NCBI GenBank assembly: GCA_038279365.1
Contig: JAYODI010000122.1
Coordinates: 1-12,409 of the forward strand
Direction of reading: 5' to 3'
DNA length: 12,409 nt
Origin: Candidatus Latescibacterota bacterium
GTDB lineage: Bacteria; Latescibacterota; UBA2968
Both the position numbers and the translations under genes were made by a program. The notes below the pieces were generated by a model. It did not search any database, had not been told where the DNA came from, and was given only the letters and a program-made list of their open reading frames with translations. The number at the start of each line of letters is the position of its first letter. Position 1 is the first letter of the stretch. Below are positions 7,476 to 12,409 of the stretch, piece by piece.

Positions 7476-8279
7476 TTACGCAATTGCATTTTCGACAGAT
7501 AATGCCCCTGTTCCAAAAATCACCGATGTAGATGCCAATTCATTTTTTCGTGTGTTTATTGTTTCCGCATCCATATAAGATACGCTAAATGCTCTGCGCG
7601 ATTGACTGCTGCGATTGACATCCGAACTGTGCAAGGTCCAATTGTGTAAAAGTGCCACCTCACCGGCTTCTAATTCTAAATATATAATATCTTCTGCTTT
7701 GCAATGTGTTTCGGCTTGTTCTGGGGTTAAAAAACCCGATGGATGATTGGGGTTAATCAAACCCATCTTATGGCTTTTGGGAATAATCTGGACACACCCA
7801 TTTTCTTTTGTTGCAGGATCCAAGGCCGTATAAACGGTTAATAAGGGATCGCGATCTAAGGTGTTCCAACGATCTTGATGCCAGGGCAAAAAGGTTCCTT
7901 TGTGAGCGGGTTTATTCATGAACATAGATCGAAAGGAAGCGATACGTGTCTCTGGCCCGTAAATATGGGCACATATCTCTTCAAACAAGGGATCCTGCAC
8001 ATACTCTAAAAACAAAGGATCAAATTCTAACCCTTGGATTTTGCGATAGTTTAATGTGGGTGTTTTTAGTCCATTGGTTTGTGGACCTACATCTTCGTAC
8101 TTTCCCGTATCACTATCCAATTGCATCATAATTCGATCATAACCCACCCGGCTTTTGCCCAACATAATTTCATCAATTCGATTTTGTAAACCTCGTAATT
8201 GTTCATCCCCAATCACTTTGCCCAACTTCAAAAATCCTTCCGCATCGTAATCTTTCCACTGCGCATCTGAAATCCGCAT
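7476..8279 (-). CDS. Phytanoyl-CoA dioxygenase (PhyH) family Fe(II)/2-oxoglutarate dioxygenase
   Basis: MNKP...PWHQD, ALDPATKENGCVQIIPKSH, LHSS and SRRAF. GGAGG RBS on the minus strand upstream of the ATG. Confidence 0.93.
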   Translation of the reverse strand: MRISDAQWKDYDAEGFLKLGKVIGDEQLRGLQNRIDEIMLGKSRVGYDRIMMQLDSDTGKYEDVGPQTNGLKTPTLNYRKIQGLEFDPLFLEYVQDPLFEEICAHIYGPETRIASFRSMFMNKPAHKGTFLPWHQDRWNTLDRDPLLTVYTALDPATKENGCVQIIPKSHKMGLINPNHPSGFLTPEQAETHCKAEDIIYLELEAGEVALLHNWTLHSSDVNRSSQSRRAFSVSYMDAETINTRKNELASTSVIFGTGALSVENAIA

Positions 8280-8488
8280 TGCTCAATCCTCCAATATGAT
8301 CCAAACATCTATTTATAGGAACGTCAAAACTATAAAGTCGTGAAATATGTTCCAAAAATCAACAAAATGAATCAGGCACACCATTTCCATTGGCACTGTG
8401 TTTCATTATGGCATATCATCTCATTGGCTTTTATATTGGATCGTCCACAAATGCATTTTATTCCATTTGCCAACTCAAAGGACCACAC

Positions 8489-10207
8489 ATGCCCACGCAA
8501 AAACCCAATGTCGTATTTGTTATTACAGACGATCAAGGTTATGGCGATCTGGGGTGCCATGGCAACCCCATTATTCAAACCCCGAATATTGATCATCTCT
8601 ATACCGAAAGCACCCACTTTACCAACTTTCATGTGGGCCCCACTTGTGCGCCTACGCGTGCGGGTCTGCTTACGGGTCGTTATTGCAACTGTACGGGTGT
8701 ATGGCACACCATCGGTGGGCGTTCACTTTTGCGCGCAGATGAAACCACCCTTGCCGATTTCTTCAAAACCGCAGGATACCGCACAGGCATGTTTGGCAAA
8801 TGGCATCTTGGCGACAACTACCCTTTTCATCCTCACAACCGAGGGTTTGACGAAGCCCTCTACCATGGGGGGGGGGGCGTACATCAAACCCCCGACTATT
8901 GGGGCAACACCTATTTCAACGACACTTATTTTCGCAATGGCAACCCAGAATCTTTTCGCGGCTATTGTACTGATATTTGGTTTGATGAAGCCATGAAATT
9001 TATTCAAAAAAGTGAGGGTGATCCTTTCTTTTGTTACATTCCCACAAACGCACCTCACAGCCCATTTAATGTTCCTGACCCCTATCGCGAATTGTATGGC
9101 GATGAAGACATTCCTGAAGCCCGCAAACGCTTTTATGGCATGATCACCAACATAGACGAAAATGTGGGTCGTATGCGTGCTTTTCTCAAAGAACAAAGCC
9201 TCGAGGAAAACACCATCTTTATTTTTATGACCGATAACGGCACGGCTGCAGGATGCAATTTGGACCGTCAAGGGTTTGTTGAAAACGGTTACAATGCTGG
9301 TTTGCGCGGTCAAAAAGGATCGGAATATGATGGCGGTCACCGTGTGCCTTTTTTTCTTCATTGGCCAGCAGGTGGATATACCCAAAGCCGAGATATTGAC
9401 ACCCTTACTGCCAACATCGATTTTTTGCCCACCTTATGTGATCTGTGTGGCATCTCTTTGTCTGACGAAGCCCAAACACACATAAACGGCACCAGTCTCA
9501 AACCGCTCTTAGAAAGTACAACGCATCTGTCAGACCGCGTTATTGTGACCGACTCACAGCGTGTGGAACACCCTCAAAAGTGGCGCAAAAGTGCAACAAT
9601 GACCAACCGTTGGCGACTCATCAATGGCGAAGAACTATACGACATACAACAAGACAGAGAGCAACGCCACAACATTGCCAGTCAGCACCCCGAAACGGTA
9701 TCTGAATTGCGAAATGCCTATGAACAATGGTGGGCGCAAGTATCTGAACGTTTTGATGAAGATGTTCCCATTCCCATAGCCACACCCAATGAACCCATTT
9801 CGGTGCTCACCACCCACGATTGGCACAATGAAGACAGCAACTGTGCTTGGAACCAGGCCGCTGTTCGCAGAGGGCATATTTGTAATGGGAGATGGACCAT
9901 TGAAGTACAAGAACCAGGTACCTATCAATTTGAATTGCGCCGTTGGCCCCGCGAAGAAAACCGCGCGATTGTAGATGGTATTTCTGGCAAACTCACGGCT
10001 TATCATGGGGGCAATGCCCTTGCAGTGACCACCGCACGCATTCGCATTGACGATGCGCACCAAGAAGGTGTTATCAACACAAACGATGTGGGGGCATCCT
10101 TTACTTTTGAACTGACATCTGGTGAAAAACATTTGGAAACAGAATTGACCAATGGCAATGACATTTCTTTAGGTGCATATTACGTGTATGTACAACGTCT
10201 CTCATAA
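8489..10207 (+). CDS. Arylsulfatase, Cys-type, with a C-terminal beta-rich extension
   Basis: KPNVVFVITDDQGYGD, CAPTRAGLLTG, FGKWHLG, APHSP, FMTDNG and KGSEYDGGHRVP. ATG 8489 follows AAAGGA and is preferred over 8390. Confidence 0.94.
   Translation: MPTQKPNVVFVITDDQGYGDLGCHGNPIIQTPNIDHLYTESTHFTNFHVGPTCAPTRAGLLTGRYCNCTGVWHTIGGRSLLRADETTLADFFKTAGYRTGMFGKWHLGDNYPFHPHNRGFDEALYHGGGGVHQTPDYWGNTYFNDTYFRNGNPESFRGYCTDIWFDEAMKFIQKSEGDPFFCYIPTNAPHSPFNVPDPYRELYGDEDIPEARKRFYGMITNIDENVGRMRAFLKEQSLEENTIFIFMTDNGTAAGCNLDRQGFVENGYNAGLRGQKGSEYDGGHRVPFFLHWPAGGYTQSRDIDTLTANIDFLPTLCDLCGISLSDEAQTHINGTSLKPLLESTTHLSDRVIVTDSQRVEHPQKWRKSATMTNRWRLINGEELYDIQQDREQRHNIASQHPETVSELRNAYEQWWAQVSERFDEDVPIPIATPNEPISVLTTHDWHNEDSNCAWNQAAVRRGHICNGRWTIEVQEPGTYQFELRRWPREENRAIVDGISGKLTAYHGGNALAVTTARIRIDDAHQEGVINTNDVGASFTFELTSGEKHLETELTNGNDISLGAYYVYVQRLS
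8867..8877 (+). repeat. G11 homopolymer inside the arylsulfatase (encodes GGGG)
   Basis: CAT GGG GGG GGG GGC GTA: 11 consecutive G, reading frame intact. Confidence 0.9.
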
Positions 10208-10264
10208 AGGTCTGATGGTGATGATTCAAGTTTCTAAAGCGACCTCATACACAAGGATTTGAAT

Positions 10265-11503
10265 ATGCAAAAACCCAATATCATTCTTATCCTCGCCGAC
10301 GATTTGGGCTATGGCGATGTCGGTTGTTATGGGGGCACACACATCCATACGCCTTGTTTGGATGCCATGGCCCAGGGTGGGTTGCGCTTTACAGATTTTC
10401 ACTCCAATGGCGCCGTGTGTAGCCCCACACGGGCCGCACTTATGACCGGGCGCTACCAACAACGCGCAGGCATTGAAGGTGTTATCTCGGCAGCGAAACA
10501 TCGTCAGGTGGGTATGGATACTTCTGAAACCACATTTGCCAATGTGCTCAATGAAGCCGGTTATGCAACAGCACTTTTTGGCAAATGGCACTTAGGATAT
10601 GCGCCAGAGTACAATCCTTTACACCAAGGGTTTGACACTTTTCGTGGGTTTGTCAGTGGCAATGTTGATTATTTTTCACACATTGACCAAGTAGGGTATG
10701 AAGACTGGTGGCAAGACAGACAGCTCAAAAACGAAGAAGGATATACCACCGACCTTGTTACACAACATGGGTTGCATTTTATAGAAACCCATCAAAACCA
10801 ACCTTTTTGCTTATACTTGGCCCATGAATGCCCTCACTACCCCTACCAAGGTCCAAACGACAAGGGCTATCGCACCACCAGCAACACCCAACCTGGCCAA
10901 GGCCCACGCCAAGACCAAGATGTTGCTTATGCCGAAATGATGTCGGCTATGGACCGAGGCATAGGGGCCATTGTAGAGAAAGTACAGGCCCTCAATTTGG
11001 CACACAATACCTTCATATTTTTCTGTTCTGACAATGGGCCCACAGGCCCTGGTTCGGCAGGTCCTTTGCGCGGTGGCAAAGGCACAACCTGGGAAGGTGG
11101 ACATCGGGTGCCCGCCATTGCTTATTGGCCTGGTGTTATTGAAGCAGGAGTTACCACCCATCAAACCGCATTGGGCATGGATTTGTTTCCCACATTTGCC
11201 TCTCTTGCCCATGCACCCGTTCATCGCCCATTAGATGGTGTTGATCTTTCTCCTGTTCTCAAAGGCGAAAATGACCTGCCACTTAGAACCCTCTTTTGGC
11301 GACATGGAAAACGCAAAGCTGTTCGCTATGAACAGTGGAAATGGGTTGAGAGTACCGAAGACTCGGGATTGTTCAACTTATCAGATGATTTGGGTGAACA
11401 AAATGATTTGTCTCAACAAATGCCCGACAAAACGAAAGAAATGCGCCGTCTGTTTCAGGTGTGGGAAAAAGATGTCACCTCTCACGGACAAATGAGAACC
11501 TAA
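10265..11503 (+). CDS. Arylsulfatase A-like sulfatase, Cys-type
   Basis: KPNIILILADDLGYGD, CSPTRAALMTG, FGKWHLG, FCSDNG and LRGGKGTTWEGGHRVP. AAGGA RBS precedes ATG 10265. Confidence 0.94.
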   Translation: MQKPNIILILADDLGYGDVGCYGGTHIHTPCLDAMAQGGLRFTDFHSNGAVCSPTRAALMTGRYQQRAGIEGVISAAKHRQVGMDTSETTFANVLNEAGYATALFGKWHLGYAPEYNPLHQGFDTFRGFVSGNVDYFSHIDQVGYEDWWQDRQLKNEEGYTTDLVTQHGLHFIETHQNQPFCLYLAHECPHYPYQGPNDKGYRTTSNTQPGQGPRQDQDVAYAEMMSAMDRGIGAIVEKVQALNLAHNTFIFFCSDNGPTGPGSAGPLRGGKGTTWEGGHRVPAIAYWPGVIEAGVTTHQTALGMDLFPTFASLAHAPVHRPLDGVDLSPVLKGENDLPLRTLFWRHGKRKAVRYEQWKWVESTEDSGLFNLSDDLGEQNDLSQQMPDKTKEMRRLFQVWEKDVTSHGQMRT

Positions 11504-11537
11504 CCTTTTATTTAAAAAACACACAAGGAGATACCCC

Positions 11538-12056
11538 ATGGCCTTCAACGTTAAAAAACGCGGTAAGCTCACCTATTATTACAATGGTGATAACCCTGTC
11601 TTATCGGCATTGGTGACAGAAGAACAAGCCGATGGTGATCTTAAAATTTATTTCTCTGGTTTAACGGGTGGTTATTCGGCCAAAGGTGTTTTAGAACGCG
11701 AAGAACTCGTTACGATGGAACCCGAAGAAGAAATTCCACTGGTCTTTCAATCGTGGGAACATTGGCTTCGCGAAGCGGGGGTTTGTGACTCGCTCAAACA
11801 AATCGATTTTATTGAAGTTCATGCTTTTGGATGTCAACCCAAATCACCCAACCCATTGGTAGACCCATTGGGTTATGCCAAGGAGCTGGAACGTTTGCGC
11901 AAAGCCTATGCCAAAGCCTATCGGTCTTTTTTTAGTGATTATCTACCCGATAATGGTGTGCCGGCGCGTTTTACTGTACATTTGGTCGATGTGCCCGACT
12001 CGGCTGCCTCTTATGAATTTTACAGCACTGCACTTTACCAAAAAGCACTGCAATAA
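11538..12056 (+). CDS. Hypothetical protein, probable divergent RidA/YjgF/UK114-fold member
   Basis: AAGGAG RBS. Ordered Rid-like motifs IYFSGLTG, EEIPLVF..WEHWLREAG, IDFIEVH, YRSFF...PARFTV..VDVP and YEFYSTA. Confidence 0.7.
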   Translation: MAFNVKKRGKLTYYYNGDNPVLSALVTEEQADGDLKIYFSGLTGGYSAKGVLEREELVTMEPEEEIPLVFQSWEHWLREAGVCDSLKQIDFIEVHAFGCQPKSPNPLVDPLGYAKELERLRKAYAKAYRSFFSDYLPDNGVPARFTVHLVDVPDSAASYEFYSTALYQKALQ

Positions 12057-12063
12057 ACACACC

Positions 12064-12099
12064 AAAAAGCCACCGCAGAGATTTCTGCGGTGGCTTTTT
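12064..12099. terminator. Bidirectional intrinsic terminator
   Basis: 16-bp perfect inverted repeat AAAAAGCCACCGCAGA / TCTGCGGTGGCTTTTT with loop GATT, between convergent genes. Confidence 0.9.
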
Positions 12100-12144
12100 A
12101 TGCCATATATTTCCTATAAAGATTTAGATCAACATTTGACAGAA

Positions 12145-12408
12145 TTACAAAATACGATCGGCATTTTCTACTGCAAAAACGTGTGAATACAGTCCGGCTA
12201 CCCATTGTTTTCCATCTTGTGTGACATTCAAATATTTGATGGCATCGCCAATGTAAGGACGTACCACATTCCAAAAAAAACCAGCATATCCCTTTCGCAT
12301 ATCACCTGGATTTTTGTAACCAATTTTTTCATTGGCACCAAATTGTTCAAACTCATAGTACAATGCTGGAATTTTGCGCAAATAATCGGGATCACCCAAT
12401 TGGCCAAT
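12145..12408 (-). CDS. C-terminal part of an HD-domain metal-dependent phosphohydrolase (Npun_R2479-like); 5' end lies outside the window
   Basis: IGQLGDPDYLRKIPALYYEFE...GYKNPGD.R...FFWNVV.PYI..A..YLNVTQ.GKQW...LYSHVF matches the family C-terminus as I recall it. The frame is open to the window edge. Confidence 0.8.
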   Translation of the reverse strand: MGQLGDPDYLRKIPALYYEFEQFGANEKIGYKNPGDMRKGYAGFFWNVVRPYIGDAIKYLNVTQDGKQWVAGLYSHVFAVENADRIL

Positions 12409-12409
12409 A

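Noticed and set aside
8391-8407. Sigma-54-like TGGCAC element in the divergent promoter (also AGGCAC near 4033)
   Set aside because: The required -12 TGC is missing at the correct spacing (TTCAT and CTGTA instead of TTGCA).
8390-8488. Upstream extension of the arylsulfatase that could look like a signal peptide
   Set aside because: It has no proper n/h/c regions, and a good RBS (AAAGGA) precedes ATG 8489, where the sulfatase motif starts.
8340-9385. Long alternative-frame and antisense ORFs (8340..8996 +, 8723..9385 -) and similar ones elsewhere (727..1239, 936..1376, 9635..10132)
   Set aside because: They largely or entirely overlap well-supported genes and show no recognisable motifs, so they are typical shadow ORFs.
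9780-10207. Extra C-terminal beta-rich domain on the arylsulfatase
   Set aside because: To my knowledge this extension (ending GAYYVYV) is common in this sulfatase group, so it is not novel.
1-12409. CRISPR array, transposase/integrase, tRNA or rRNA
   Set aside because: No regularly spaced direct repeats, recombinase motifs or tRNA/rRNA-like sequence were seen.

Overview
Bacterial accessory catabolic region. On the + strand it holds a GrpB/UPF0157 protein, a secreted SGNH-like (DUF4886-type) protein and a PIG-L deacetylase. Next come a membrane sensor that ends right after its HAMP domain and an overlapping degenerate receiver gene whose reading frame continues 68 codons past an in-frame TAA. 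These are followed by an HpcH/HpaI aldolase, three Cys-type sulfatases and a 172-aa protein that reads as a divergent RidA/YjgF-fold member. The - strand holds two tandem PhyH-family Fe(II)/2OG dioxygenases and the 3' end of an HD-domain metalloprotein. Three clear intrinsic terminators are present. The most notable items are (1) an apparently kinase-free, phosphorylation-independent sensor/pseudo-receiver pair with a hidden C-terminal domain, (2) a ~175-nt intergenic stretch of abutting hairpins that could be a structured RNA, (3) the divergent RidA-like protein and (4) a G11 tract inside an arylsulfatase. No mobile element, CRISPR array, tRNA or rRNA was seen. Family calls come from motif recognition by eye, not from database searches.
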